Shown: one piece after another, positions 12,664-23,730 of the stretch | How positions within the stretch are numbered: position 1 is the stretch's first letter | Layout of the letters: the number at the start of each line of letters is the position of its first letter | From: an uncultured Actinomycetota bacterium | Lineage (GTDB): Bacteria; Actinomycetota; Actinomycetes; Propionibacteriales; Nocardioidaceae | Assembly (NCBI GenBank): GCA_963776975.1 | Contig: CAVZOU010000022.1 | Coordinates: forward strand, 81,353 to 145,352 | DNA: 64,000 bases | Reading direction: 5' to 3' | The notes under the pieces: generated by a model | The model's input: the letters and a program-made list of their open reading frames with translations, nothing else | Databases searched by the model: none | What the model was told of the DNA's origin: nothing | Made by a program: the position numbers and the translations under genes

Positions 12664-12753
12664 ATGAGACACGGGGTGAAGAAGATGTATCGACGGATCC
12701 GCTGCCGGGTGAAGCACTCCGAGTGCCCCCACAACCCGCGCTACCACCGCTAG
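12664..12753 (+). CDS. Putative 29-aa basic Cys/His peptide
   Basis: GGAGG SD 8 nt before ATG; MRHGVKKMYRRIRCRVKHSECPHNPRYHR; stop overlaps the convergent gene's stop. Confidence 0.4.
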   Translation: MRHGVKKMYRRIRCRVKHSECPHNPRYHR

Positions 12754-14031
12754 GAGCCGTCCACTCGCGCGGGCTTGTCATCAGGAGCAGGTCCGGAGGC
12801 TGGCGCGCGGCGACTATCGGCGACCTGATCCCTCCGCTGCACCGGCTGGCGGTCGGCGATGTGACTCCCATCTGTAGGCGCTGGGCTGAGCTCGTCGAGC
12901 ACCGAGGCGCGCGGGCCGCCCAGGCTCCGGACGCACGACGCTGCGCACGACGCTGCGTTCCGCCGGTCCGCGCACCACGAGCGGGACTGCGGCCGGCTCG
13001 CTGCGCGGCCGCACCACCAGCGCGGCGACTCCCAGCGCGGCTCGGACGGGCGCACGACGACGAGCTGGCGAGCGTTCTGCGCGGCGGCGGCCGAGCGTGA
13101 CCGGGGTGGACGGCCGCCAGAGGGGGCGGCGCGGGGACGTCTCGATGTCGGCGCGGACGCCGGCCGGCTGACATCCGGGTCGCCACCGGCGCCGAGACGC
13201 CACCGACGACCGCAGCGGCGACGACGAGGGCGACCGCGGGCGTGGTCCACACCCCGCTCCGGAGCCTCGGACGTCCATGGTCTCGGCGATACCCTCGGCG
13301 TCGCCGCTGCCCGCAGCCCGTGGGCGGCGGTGGCGTCGGTGCCGGCCGCTGCGGGATCGGACGGACGGAAGTCCTCTCCGTCCGGTCCGGAGCCACTGCC
13401 GACCTCACCAGGGCCAGGATCCTCGGCGACGGCGACGGAGACGCCGGCGCGCGGGGATCGAGGAGCGGCCCTGACCATGGCGAGGGACGGGCCTTGGGGC
13501 GGCGTCGAGCGCCTGGACCGTAGTTGCCCACGCGTGAAGGCATGCCGGGCGATCCGCTCGAGCGCGCGGACCCGCAGCTGCTCGATGTGCTCCCGCTCGG
13601 GAAGGACCCAGTCGTCGGACCACGCGGGCAGCAGCGGCTCCCCCACCAGCGCGGCGAGCGGCGCCTCGGCATCGACCCTGTGCATGGGCTTCTCGGTCAA
13701 CCGGGAGGCCCGGCGCACCTCGTCCACGTCGACCACGACGTCCGGATGGAGTCCGATGTCGGTGCGGTCGGCCAGGAGCAGGCCGGGACATCTCCGCTGG
13801 GACTGCAGGACGGCGCGCCGGAGGCGGGCCAGCGCCCGAGCGCGGGTGCTCTCGGGCCACAGGATGCCCGCGACGCGCGCCCGGCGCGCTGCGTCCGTCA
13901 GCCCGAGGAGCGCGGTCAGGCGTTGCTCGCGGCGTTCGAGCGGGACGTCGAGCCCATCGACCGACAACTGCCAGCCGCCCCAGGAGACGCAGGCGCGCGC
14001 CGCCCCTGCCTGCTTCGCTTGCGTTCGGCAT
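12750..14031 (-). CDS. SARP/BTAD-type regulator with C-terminal TM helix and putative extracytoplasmic domain; heavily frameshifted
   Basis: RLRLLG/GWQLSVDG, VAGILWPES, VVVDVDE, LLPAWSDDWVLPERE, SPSPRILALV; then AVALVVAAAVVGGVS; SD GGAG before ATG 14031. Confidence 0.7.
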
Positions 14032-14305
14032 GTCTCCGACCGGAGCTCCGATCCTTCCCTGGGTCTGCACCGGGTCTCCTGCGTCACGGCCCGTCGCAGC
14101 TGCGTCACGACGGGCTCTCCACCCTGACAACTCGGACGGTCGACACACCGCGCCCTGATACCCAGGCGTCGCGGACGGCGCCGACTGTCTAGACGAGACC
14201 CGCGCGCTGACCAGGCGGTTCCTGGGCGCGCCAGCTGGGCTCGATCCAGCGTCACCGAGGTGCCCGGTCGGCATCACCGAGCGGCACGGGAAGTGCCCGG
14301 TCACC

Positions 14306-17080
14306 TCAGTCGAGACGGGCGACCAGCGGCAGCCGGGAGCGGGCGGTGAGCCCGACGACGGCGGCGGTGAGCGAGCGGCAGCGCGACCACGAGCCCGAGG
14401 ATCGAGCAGCCACGGGCACGTCGAGGAAGGGCCCGCTGGCCCCGCTGGACGAGCCCGAGCCGGTGGTCACGGGACCGTAGGTCAGCGGGTAGGTGATCGC
14501 GATCCCCGGGATGAAGCCCGACGACCGCGCCGAGCAGGGCGCCGACGAAGCCGACGACGAGGGCGTACGACGCCGCGACCCGCGCCGCGTCCGGGGCGCG
14601 GCGCCCACGGCGGCCAGGGTGGCCAGGTCCGGGCCGGGCGTCGGAGAGCGCCAGGAAGGTCGCGGTCAGGGTGCCGCCGAGCATCAGCACCGCCGCCGAG
14701 GCGCGGCCAGGATCAGCTGGACGATCACGACCTCGTCGTCGGCGCTGGTAGCCGCGCTCGACGTAGAGCGCCGGCGTCCGCGGTGATCCCGCCGAGCGCC
14801 TCGACGAGGTCGGTCTCCTGGCGTCCTGCGTCGATGCCGGCGTCCGGCGGTAGATGCCGAGAGGTGACGGTCACGGGCTCGGCCCCGAGCTGCGTCGGCC
14901 AGGCGCGGTCGGCAGCACAGCGGCCTGGCCGACCGGAGTAGCGTCGCTGACGTGGACGTAGGTCGGCCGGCACGGTCGAGCGCGGCGGAGCCGTGCGTGC
15001 CGCCGATCCGTCGCGTCGCACTGAGCCAGCCGGACCCGCACGGTCGTCCGCGTCCGCGGCGCCGGTCGGTGAAGACGACGGCCGCACGCCCGCAGGCGAG
15101 GGCGACTCCGTCGGCGGCCAGCGTCGTCCCCCTCGACGATCCGGCGGACGCCCGGCAGCGCGTGTCGGCGACGACCGAGGCTGCCGTCGAGGCGGCCGCC
15201 CCAGTACTCGAGGAGCGGGGTCCCGGTCCCCCGGGCTCGCGGAAGTCGAGGTAGTACGACGCGTCGCCCGGGCCCTGCTGCTGGCATGCCCTCGGACCAG
15301 CCTCGACGGTCGTCCACCCGGCGCACGCACGGCCGCCTGCGACGCTCGTCCCAGGTCGCGGCGGACACCGGCTCGGCGCGAGCCGTTCATCGTGGCGCCG
15401 GGAGACGTCGACCATCGCCGGCACCGATGGGCAGCGACGGCGTGTAGGCCGCCTCGTTCTGCGCCTCGTCGCTGCTCGTCCGCGATCCCGAGGGCGACCA
15501 CGCCGGCCACGGTCGCGGCGACGGCGGCCACCGCCGGGACGGTGCGGGTGCGGTGCCGGGCGGCGTCGCGGGCGGCGTACCTCACCGTGAGCGGCAGCCG
15601 CTCCGACAAGCCGCGCGACGAGGGCGACGACGCACGAGCGGCACCAGGAGGATCATCCCGAGGACGGACGACGATCGCGCCGACCGCGATGAAGAACTCG
15701 CCCACTGCTGGCCGGCGCGACGCCGTACGCCGCCAGCGCGACGCCGGCGCCGAGCAGGCACCGACCGAGCACGGGCGAGCGCGGCGGACGGTGCGCCGGT
15801 CGCCACGGCGGCCGGCGAGGACGGCCACGACGTCCTGCCGCGACGCGATGCCACGCCGGGACCACGGCGGCCAGCAGCGCGCTGCAGCAGCCCGAAGGCC
15901 GCGATCACCGGCGACGGTGCGGCCACGGCACGTCGAACGGGCCGAACCAGCTCCCCGAGAAGCGCTGGACGAGCGGCAGCAGCGCCCAGCCCGACCAGCG
16001 ATCGCCGAGCACGCACGCCGAGCAGCGCGCCGCACGCCCCCGAGCACGACGCCGGCCGGCGAGCACGACGCGGCGGGCCTGGACGCGGCGTGCCGCCGGT
16101 GGCGGCCATCAGGGCCAGGGAGCGCGCCTGGCGGCGGGCGCCGACGGCGAACGCCGGCCCGGCCAGCAGCACCACCTCGAGCAGCGCCATGACGACGACC
16201 AGGGCGACGACCGCGATCGCGGCGTCGCCGTCCCGGATGTCGAGGCCCGGCTGCTCGGCCGGATCTCGGTGCTCGGGCGGCGGGTCCAGCGAGCACGGCG
16301 CGCGAGAGCACGAGCACGCCGACCGCGGTTGAGCTCGCGGCACCTCGTGCCCACGAGCACCGCGCCGCCGTCGACGAGCCAGGTCGACGTCCGGGGCCGT
16401 AGTCGGCGAAGGCCGGCTCCGAGGCGGTGCCGGCAGCACGTCGACCGTGGCGGTGTCGCGGATGGTGGCGCGGACTCGCCGACGCCGACCACCGTCGAGC
16501 GTCGCGGCACCCGAGCCGTCCAGCGGTGTCGCCGACGGCCGAGCCCCGCGCTCGGCGAGCGCGTCGTTGACCACGGCCTCGTCGGCCGCCTGCGGCGGCC
16601 CGTCCGGCGGTGATCGTCGAAGAGCCCGGCGGCGAGCGGGTCCGCGAGGTCGACCTCGCGAGGCGTCGATGCTCGACGCCGCTTGTCGCCGCAGCGGATC
16701 TCCGTCCAGCCGCTCGCGCAGCGTCGACGGCCGGACGTCGCCGAGGACGCGCCGTGACGGCGTCGTACGACGGCCAGGCCGGCGTCTACGCCCTCGGTCG
16801 CGGCCCCCGCCGGCGCCGTCGACGTCGTCGGGGTCGGGGGACTGGACAGACCGCTGACCCCCGGCTGGAGCGGACCCGCGCGTCGGCGGCGCCGAGCCGC
16901 CGGTCGAGCGCCCTCGATGCCGCCGACATCTGCGGTGGTCTGCACGACACGTCGGCCGCGCGTCACGGCGAGCACCGGCAGCGCGATCATGACCAGGACC
17001 AGCAGGCTGCGCCCGCGTGACCGCAGCGCGTCGCGCCGGGCGAGCCGCAGCGACGGCCGCCAGCCCCGACAGGCCACCGT
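14306..17080 (-). CDS. FtsX-like ABC transporter permease; heavily frameshifted, boundaries approximate
   Basis: [80 protein letters not shown]. Confidence 0.8.
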
Positions 17081-17819
17081 CCTCCGAGCGGCACCGGCGC
17101 TCCGAGCAGCGACGTCGACCGGGTCGGCGCCCGATCTCGTCGACCACGACCCCGTCGCGCAGGAAGACGACCCGGTCGGCCCAGGCCGCGTGCCGGGCCT
17201 CGTGGGTGACGAGCACCCCGGCGGCGCCGGCGTCGCAGCGGGCGCGCAGCAGCCGCAGGATCTCCTCGCCCGGTGTCGGTGTCGAGGGCGCCGGTCGGCT
17301 CGTCGGCGAGGATCAGCCGGCGGTCGCCCACGATGGCGCGCGCGATGGCGACCCGCTGCTGCTGGCCGCCCGACATCGTCGTCGGGGAAGCGGTCGGCGA
17401 GGTCGCCGATGCCGACCTCCTCCAGCGCGGCGGGCGCCAGCCGCGCGGGCGGCCCGGGGACGCTCGCCGTCGAGCTCGCGCGGGCAGGGCGACGTTCTCG
17501 ACCGCGGTGAGCGCCGGGATCAGGTTGAAGTCCTGGAAGACGTAGCCGATCGAGGTACGCCGCATCCGCGCCCGGCCCGTTGTTGCCGAGCGACGCCGAG
17601 GTCGACGCCCTCGACGCGACACCGTCCCGGCGGGTCGGCTGGTCGAGACCGCCGGCGAGGGTCAGCAGGGTCGACTTGCCGGAGCCGGAGGGGCCCATCA
17701 CGGCGACCAGCTCGCCGGGGCGGGCGAGGAAGGAGACGCCGCGCAGGGCGTGCACCTCGGTGGCGCCCTCGCCGTGGACGCGGGTGACGGCGTCGAGCGT
17801 GCAGCACGGGCGCGTTCAT
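17080..17819 (-). CDS. LolD/MacB-type ABC ATP-binding protein; frameshifted
   Basis: [49 protein letters not shown]. Confidence 0.9.
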
Positions 17820-18450
17820 CGGCGTGGCTCCTCGGAGTGGTCGTCGACGGTGCGCGGCGGCGTCGGCGACGGGACCGGCCGGCGTCGTGCGTGGTGCCGT
17901 CGAGCGGCGGCGCGCCGCAGGCGGGCCTCGCAGTGGTCGAGCCACCGGATCTCGGCCTCGGCGTCGAAGACCAGCGAGTCGAGCACCAGGCTCCAGGCGA
18001 GGTCGGTCGGGCTGGACGGGGGTGGCGGCCCGGCCGCCGCGCTTGAGCCGGGTGTAGTCCTGCAGGGCGGCCATGGTGGCGGTCCGCTGGCGCTGGATGA
18101 CGGTGCCGACGTCGACGCCGGGGACGGTGACCGCGAGCGCGAGCTTGATCGCGAGCTCGTCGCGCGGCGGCTGGGTGCGAGCGCACCGGGGTGGTGAACC
18201 AGGCCGACACCTCGCCCGACCCGCCGCGGTGACGCGGTAGATCACGTGCCGCCCTCGTCGGCGCGTTCGGCCCCCTGCCGCCACCGCTCGACGAGACCGT
18301 CGCGCTCGAGCCGGGTGAGGGTCGTGTAGACCTGCCCGACGTTGAGCGGCCAGGTCGCGCCGGTCCGCTGCTCGAACTCGGCCGCGCAGCTGGTAGCCGT
18401 ACATCGGCCCCTGCTCCAGCAGCGCCAGCATGCGCCTGTCTGACCGACAT
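17816..18450 (-). CDS. PadR family regulator; frameshifted
   Basis: LALLEQGPMYGYQLR, TWPLNVGQVYTTLTRLERDG, PPRDELAIKLALA, AEIRWLDHCE. Confidence 0.88.
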
Positions 18451-18490
18451 CCGCGTCCTCCTCGATCCGCGCCATCGGCCCCCGTGACCG

Positions 18491-18522
18491 ATGGATACCG
18501 GGTATGTATACCACGTATGCAT
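18491..18522. promoter_or_regulatory. Candidate PadR operator
   Basis: AT-rich imperfect palindrome ATGGATACCGGGTATGTATACCACGTATGCAT upstream of padR. Confidence 0.6.
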
Positions 18523-18661
18523 GGATCGTCGATCGCACGTGTCGGACCGGTGTTTCGACTCGGGACCGATGGGCAGGACACGGGGGCGACTCCTCCCTAG
18601 GGTGTCGCCCAACCGCCCCGCGGCGACCGACCGCGGGCCCACACCAGCAGGGGGAAGAACC

Positions 18662-19306
18662 ATGTCCAACTACGGCAACCCGCCGTCCGACCCGTACGGC
18701 CAGGGTGCGTCCGGCCAGGGCCAGGACCCCTACGGCCAGCAGCCGCAGCAGCCCTACGGTGAGCAGCCGTACGGCCAGGACCCCTACGGCCAGCAGCCCG
18801 GCTACGGCCAGCCCGCGTACGGCGCCCCGGCGGCGTACGCCTCGTGGTTCCAGCGCGTCGGCGCCTTCCTCATCGACCAGCTCATCGGCATGGTGGCGCT
18901 GATCCCCTACTACATCGGCGCCGTGATGGCAGCCGGCTCGGTGGAGACGACCACCGACCCCACCACCGGCGTCGTCACCACCACGGGCGGTGGCGCGAGC
19001 GGCATGGCGCTGCTGCTGATGTTCCTGGGCGGCGTGCTCTACCTCGCCTACTACGTGTGGAACTACTGCCTCAAGCAGGGCCGCACCGGCTACACGATCG
19101 GCAAGGGCATCCTCGGGATCAAGCTGATCAAGATCGACACCGGCCAGCCGATGGGCGCCGGCCTGTCCTTCGTGCGCCAGCTCGCGCACATCGTCGACGC
19201 GATCCCCTGCTACCTCGGCTACCTGTGGCCGCTGTGGGACGCCAAGCGCCAGACCTTCGCCGACAAGATCATGAGCACCGTCGTCATCGAGCAGCCCAAG
19301 GGGTGA
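18662..19306 (+). CDS. RDD family protein with N-terminal (Q/D)PYGQ repeats
   Basis: YASWFQRVGAFLID, TIGKGILGI, WDAKRQTFADKI. Confidence 0.92.
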   Translation: MSNYGNPPSDPYGQGASGQGQDPYGQQPQQPYGEQPYGQDPYGQQPGYGQPAYGAPAAYASWFQRVGAFLIDQLIGMVALIPYYIGAVMAAGSVETTTDPTTGVVTTTGGGASGMALLLMFLGGVLYLAYYVWNYCLKQGRTGYTIGKGILGIKLIKIDTGQPMGAGLSFVRQLAHIVDAIPCYLGYLWPLWDAKRQTFADKIMSTVVIEQPKG

Positions 19307-19379
19307 GCCGCTCCCCGCGGTCGTCACTAGGCTCAAGGCCAGACGGCCGCGGGGCGGTCACCACCGAGGGAGACCACGC

Positions 19380-19934
19380 ATGCGCGTCCACACGCGGCCC
19401 GGACGCCTGTCCGCGTTCGTCCTGATCGCCGCGGTGACCCTGCCCGGTCTCGCCGCCTGCGCGGGCGATGCCGAGGCCGAGGTGGTCTCCGCACCGGCGG
19501 TCCGCGAGGCGCTCGTCGACCTGTACGCCGGGGGCCGCGCCGCCGGTGACGATCCCCGGGACGCCGAGTGCTTCGCCGACGACCTCCTCGAGCGGGTGAC
19601 CCCCGAGGAGCTGCGCGACGGCGGGGTGCTCGACGAGACGTTCGCGCCGCGGGCCGAGGCCACCGCCCTCGACCGCCCGGTCGCCGAGGCGTGGACCGAG
19701 GCACAGATGGCGTGCTCCGACTTCGTCGAGCAGTCGACCCAGGCACAGGAGGTCCTGACCAAGGGCCGCCTCGATGCCGGGGCCTACGAGACGTGCCTCG
19801 ACGGCCGGCTCGACGAGAGGACCATCCGGGAGGCCACGACCGCCACCCTGATGGCCCGCCTGGACGACCCGGCCGTCGGCCGGCTCAGCGTCGCCCAGTC
19901 CGAGTGCTCGGTGCTGTCGGTCCCGCGCGGCTGA
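19380..19934 (+). CDS. Hypothetical lipoprotein
   Basis: Signal peptide with LAAC lipobox; four further Cys in two helical repeats. Confidence 0.7.
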   Translation: MRVHTRPGRLSAFVLIAAVTLPGLAACAGDAEAEVVSAPAVREALVDLYAGGRAAGDDPRDAECFADDLLERVTPEELRDGGVLDETFAPRAEATALDRPVAEAWTEAQMACSDFVEQSTQAQEVLTKGRLDAGAYETCLDGRLDERTIREATTATLMARLDDPAVGRLSVAQSECSVLSVPRG

Positions 19935-19947
19935 CCCCGGGCACCGC

Positions 19948-21468
19948 TCAGGCGGCGACGGCCACCACCACGCGCGCCCGCTGCGGCGCGTCCAGCCAGC
20001 GTCGCCGCGCGCGACGCAGCCGGACCCAGGACCACACGAGGAACGGCACCGCCATGACGGGGACCAGCCACCAGGCCGGGGTCTGGGCGGCGGAGGAGAA
20101 GAGCATCGCGGTGAGCGTGGTGCTCACCGCCAGGCGGGCGGAGTAGCCGACCATCACGATCGGCGGCGCGGGGGTCGCCCGCGCCGAGGCCAGCTGCACC
20201 GGGAACGGGCGCCGGCCCGACCACGACATCGACACCGCCACCACCTGGAGCAGGACCACGAGCAGGGTGGCGACCAGGGCCATCACCTCGGTGGCGCTCG
20301 GCACCCCGGCCCGCAGGGCGGCCATCGCGACGGTCACCAGCGCTGCGGCCCCGAGCCACTCGGCGAGGGTGAGCGCACGCGCTGCGAAGACGGTCTCCGG
20401 ACCGACCGGCAGGCTCTCGCGCCACAGCGCGCCGCGACCGTCCAGGCACCAGGCGTTGACGCCGAAGAGCAGGGCGCCGCCACTGACGACGAGGGCCGGC
20501 AGGACCAGCACCTGCGCCCAGTCCATGCCGCCGGCGAGCGCGACGAGGCCCGGGCCGACCGCGAGGACCACGAGTCCCCGGCGCATCGGCACGGCCCGCC
20601 ACACCGACGCCCGGTCGATGCGGCGCAGCATCGCGAGGTCGCCGGCGGGCAGCGGACGGGCCGGGTGGCTGCCCGACTCCACCTTGAGCTCCTCGCGAGG
20701 CGTACGCCGCAGCGCGACGCCGGCGGGCAGCGCGCCGACGACGACCGCGGCCGCGGTCAGGACCAGGAGCACCAGCACGACGAGCAGCGCACCGTCCCGC
20801 GCGGTGACCGCGTCGGCGAGGAGGCGGGTGGGCGACCCGTCCAGCATCGGGAGCAGGCGGTCGGTCGCCTGGAGGCCCACGCCGACCGTGACGAGGACGA
20901 CCGCCGAGCCGCGCACGACGGCGACGCCGTGGGGCGTGCGCCGGACGGTCTCGACGACCCAGCCGAGCACCTGGGCGAGGGCGGTGGCGCACACGATCCA
21001 GGCGGCGACGACCACCTGGCCGCCCGCCCAGCCGTCGGGGCCGGTGACCCGCGCGGTGATGCCGAGGAGCAGCCAGGCCTGGAGGAGCCACGCGAAGTTG
21101 AGCGGAGCCAGGGCGAGCGCCCCGAGGTGCTCGGTGCGGTGACTGATCGGGTGGATGGCGGCCTGGTCGCGCGGGATCAGCTCGCGCCCGCCGCCCGAGG
21201 CCATCGACGAGGCGACCGCGAGGGCCAGGAAGCCGGCCAGCATCGCGCCGAGGTGGTCGTCCAGGAAGGTGGCCCGGCCGGCCCCGTCGACCAGCAGCGG
21301 TCCCACGGACGCGACGAGGGTGACCCCGAGCAGGACCAGGAGGGCGACGCCCGCGGCGCGCGGGCGGCGTACGGTCGCGGCGCGGAAGCGGAGCAGGTGC
21401 CGCAGGTCGGCGACGGCGCCCACCCAGCCGGCGAGACCCGCCTCAGTCGAGGAGCGCGCGGTAGGCAT
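19948..21468 (-). CDS. Putative ABC-2 type permease (multi-TM protein)
   Basis: Many hydrophobic helices; overlaps the upstream ABC ATPase. Confidence 0.75.
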   Translation of the reverse strand: MPTARSSTEAGLAGWVGAVADLRHLLRFRAATVRRPRAAGVALLVLLGVTLVASVGPLLVDGAGRATFLDDHLGAMLAGFLALAVASSMASGGGRELIPRDQAAIHPISHRTEHLGALALAPLNFAWLLQAWLLLGITARVTGPDGWAGGQVVVAAWIVCATALAQVLGWVVETVRRTPHGVAVVRGSAVVLVTVGVGLQATDRLLPMLDGSPTRLLADAVTARDGALLVVLVLLVLTAAAVVVGALPAGVALRRTPREELKVESGSHPARPLPAGDLAMLRRIDRASVWRAVPMRRGLVVLAVGPGLVALAGGMDWAQVLVLPALVVSGGALLFGVNAWCLDGRGALWRESLPVGPETVFAARALTLAEWLGAAALVTVAMAALRAGVPSATEVMALVATLLVVLLQVVAVSMSWSGRRPFPVQLASARATPAPPIVMVGYSARLAVSTTLTAMLFSSAAQTPAWWLVPVMAVPFLVWSWVRLRRARRRWLDAPQRARVVVAVAA

Positions 21469-22150
21469 CGGCGCCGGCCTCCCCGCTCAGCTCGTCGGCG
21501 TCCATCGCGGCGACCTGGGCGCCACCGCGCAGGACCACGGCGGTGCTGCAGGCCTGCATGGCCAGGTCGCGGAGGTGGGTCGAGACGAGCACGCAGGCGC
21601 CGCGGGCCCGGGCGTCCTCGATGACGGCGAGGGTGGCCTCGACACCGAGCGGGTCGACGCCGTCGAAGGGCTCGTCGAGCAGCAGGACGTCGGGCTCGTG
21701 CAGGGCGGCGAGGACGACGGAGAGCCGTCGCCCCATCCCGTGGCTGAAGCCGCTGGTGACCCGGTGCGCGACGTCGCCGAGCTCGAAGCGCTCCAGCAGG
21801 TCGCGGGCCCGGGCCTCCCAGTCGTCGAGGCGGCGCAGGCGGGCGGCGAGCTGGAGGTGCTCCCACGGGGTGGCGCGCGGGACCAGCCCGCCGACGTCGG
21901 GGCAGTAGCCGACCAGGCGCTTGACCGCGACCGGGTCGACGGCGACGTCGACCCCGTCCACGAGGACCGTCCCCGCGGTGGGCGGGACGACCCCGGCGAG
22001 CACGCGCATGGTGGTCGACTTGCCGGCGCCGTTGCGACCGAGCAGCGCGGTGGCGTGCCCGGCGTCGGCCCGGAGGTCGATGCCGGCGACGGCCTCCACC
22101 TCGCCGAAGCGCACGTGGAGGCCGCGGACGTCGATGACGGGGGCGATCAC
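21443..22150 (-). CDS. ABC transporter ATP-binding protein
   Basis: GRNGAGKST, FSHGMGRR, LLLDEPFDGVDP, VSTH. Confidence 0.92.
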   Translation of the reverse strand: MIAPVIDVRGLHVRFGEVEAVAGIDLRADAGHATALLGRNGAGKSTTMRVLAGVVPPTAGTVLVDGVDVAVDPVAVKRLVGYCPDVGGLVPRATPWEHLQLAARLRRLDDWEARARDLLERFELGDVAHRVTSGFSHGMGRRLSVVLAALHEPDVLLLDEPFDGVDPLGVEATLAVIEDARARGACVLVSTHLRDLAMQACSTAVVLRGGAQVAAMDADELSGEAGADAYRALLD

Positions 22151-22268
22151 CCGCTCATGGTCCCCCGTCAGCGGTCCACCTGACCGGCGAATGGCGCGGA
22201 ACTGGTCCGGACGGGCCAGTGGCACGGGCCCGGCACAGGAGCACCATCGAAGGAACAGGGAGACCGAG

Positions 22269-22300
22269 GGAACCCGGGCCCGCCGTCGGGAGTCGTCGTG
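22269..22300 (+). promoter_or_regulatory. Candidate ECF-type autoregulatory promoter
   Basis: GGAACC-N17-GTCGT upstream of the ECF sigma gene. Confidence 0.45.
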
Positions 22301-22320
22301 GTCATCCCCAGGAGGCGCTC

Positions 22321-22854
22321 ATGGACGAGGATTCCATCAGCTTTGGCGGGATGGCCGACCGCCACGACGGTCCCACCCTCCGCGACGTGTTCGACGCGAG
22401 CTACCGCCGGCTCGTGGTGCAGCTGTACGGCGTGACCGGCAACTTCGCGGAGGCCGAGGACCTGGTCCAGGAGGCGTTCGTCCGGGCGGCCGGGAGGCGG
22501 GGACGGTTCAGCGCGGTGGACAACCCCGAGGCATGGCTGCGCACGACCGCGATCAACGCCCACCGCAGCCGCTGGCGCAAGGCCCGCAACGGCCGCCGGG
22601 CCCGAGAGCTGGTGCCCCCACCCCGGGAGCCCGACGGCCTGGAGCAGCACGTCGAGATCATGACGGCCCTCCGGACCCTGCCCGAGGCGCAACGCACCGT
22701 GATCGCCCTGCACTACCTGGCCGACCTCCCGGTCGAGGAGATCGCCGCAGCGCTCGGCATACCGACCGGGACCGTCAAGTCCCGGCTGAGCCGGGGCCGC
22801 GACGCGCTGGCCTTCCGGCTCGACCGCTCCGAGGAAGGTGTCGACCATGTCTGA
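22321..22854 (+). CDS. ECF RNA polymerase sigma factor
   Basis: AEDLVQEAFVRA, PEAWLRTTAIN, LPEAQRTVIALHYLADLPVEEIA, GTVKSRLSRGR. Confidence 0.93.
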   Translation: MDEDSISFGGMADRHDGPTLRDVFDASYRRLVVQLYGVTGNFAEAEDLVQEAFVRAAGRRGRFSAVDNPEAWLRTTAINAHRSRWRKARNGRRARELVPPPREPDGLEQHVEIMTALRTLPEAQRTVIALHYLADLPVEEIAAALGIPTGTVKSRLSRGRDALAFRLDRSEEGVDHV

Positions 22855-23693
22855 GCGACTGCTGCTCGAGGCGTTCCGCGAGGACGCCGAGCGCGTGACT
22901 GAGGCCGCCCGCCTTCGAGCTATCGAGGCGGCCGGACGGGCCCGCCGGCGACGCCGCCAAGCGATCGGGGAGCGGTCGCCGCGTGCCTGCTCGCGGCGCC
23001 ACCGGGGTCGTGGCGCCGCAGGACCGAGGCTCCCCGGAGCCGCAACCGGCCGAGGACCCCGAGCACGCGCTCGAGCGTGACGCCGTGGCCGGGTCCCACG
23101 ATGACCACGCTGCAGGAGGGGACTACGACCTCAGCCCCTTCGCCGACGTGGCGCTCCCGGCCGCGCGGGTCACGGTGCCGGACGGCTGGAACGCGGCGCA
23201 GTGGGGCCCGGACCGGTTCGCGGGCATGGGACCGGCCGGGCCGGCAACGAGCAGGCGTCGCGGGAATCGCGCGTGGTACGCCGCGCTGGTCGTCCTCGAG
23301 GTCGTCGCCTCGCAAGAGCGACTGCGATGTGGACCCTCATCGGGGCACGACACCGCGGAGGTGCTGGCGGCCCTCGCAGAGCTGCCCCGCCAGGAGGTGA
23401 CTCGGTCCGGACGACGACCCGGTTCGGTCGTCCCGCCGTCCACCTGAGCCTGCGGGAGACCCGCCGTGAGCCCGAGTGCGCGGGGCCAGATGTTCAGCAA
23501 CGCCGAGGGCCGATCGGCCAGCTCGGCCTGGGGGGCAAACCTACGAGCTCTGGTTGGTCGACGTGGAGGGCGAGCCCCTCCTCGTCGTGGCGGGCTGGAC
23601 GCGGAACACGCCGCCAGCGTGGTGGAGGACTGCTGGCCGTGGCCGACCGATCGAGCTGCAGCCACGCGCGAGCTGCCGCCTGGCGGCGAGTAG
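22847..23693 (+). CDS. Putative membrane-anchored anti-sigma factor; frameshifted, end approximate
   Basis: Coupled to the sigma gene; LLLEAFREDAE...AAGRARRRRR, hydrophobic segment, extracellular domain with VTVPDGW and YELWLVDVEGEPLLVV. Confidence 0.7.
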
Positions 23694-23730
23694 ACGTGGC
23701 CGTGATGGTCATCCCCGCCGGAAGGACGCC

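Noticed and set aside
18662-18840. PYGQ repeats as a novel repeat element
   Set aside because: Ordinary low-complexity N-terminus of actinobacterial RDD/Pra-like proteins
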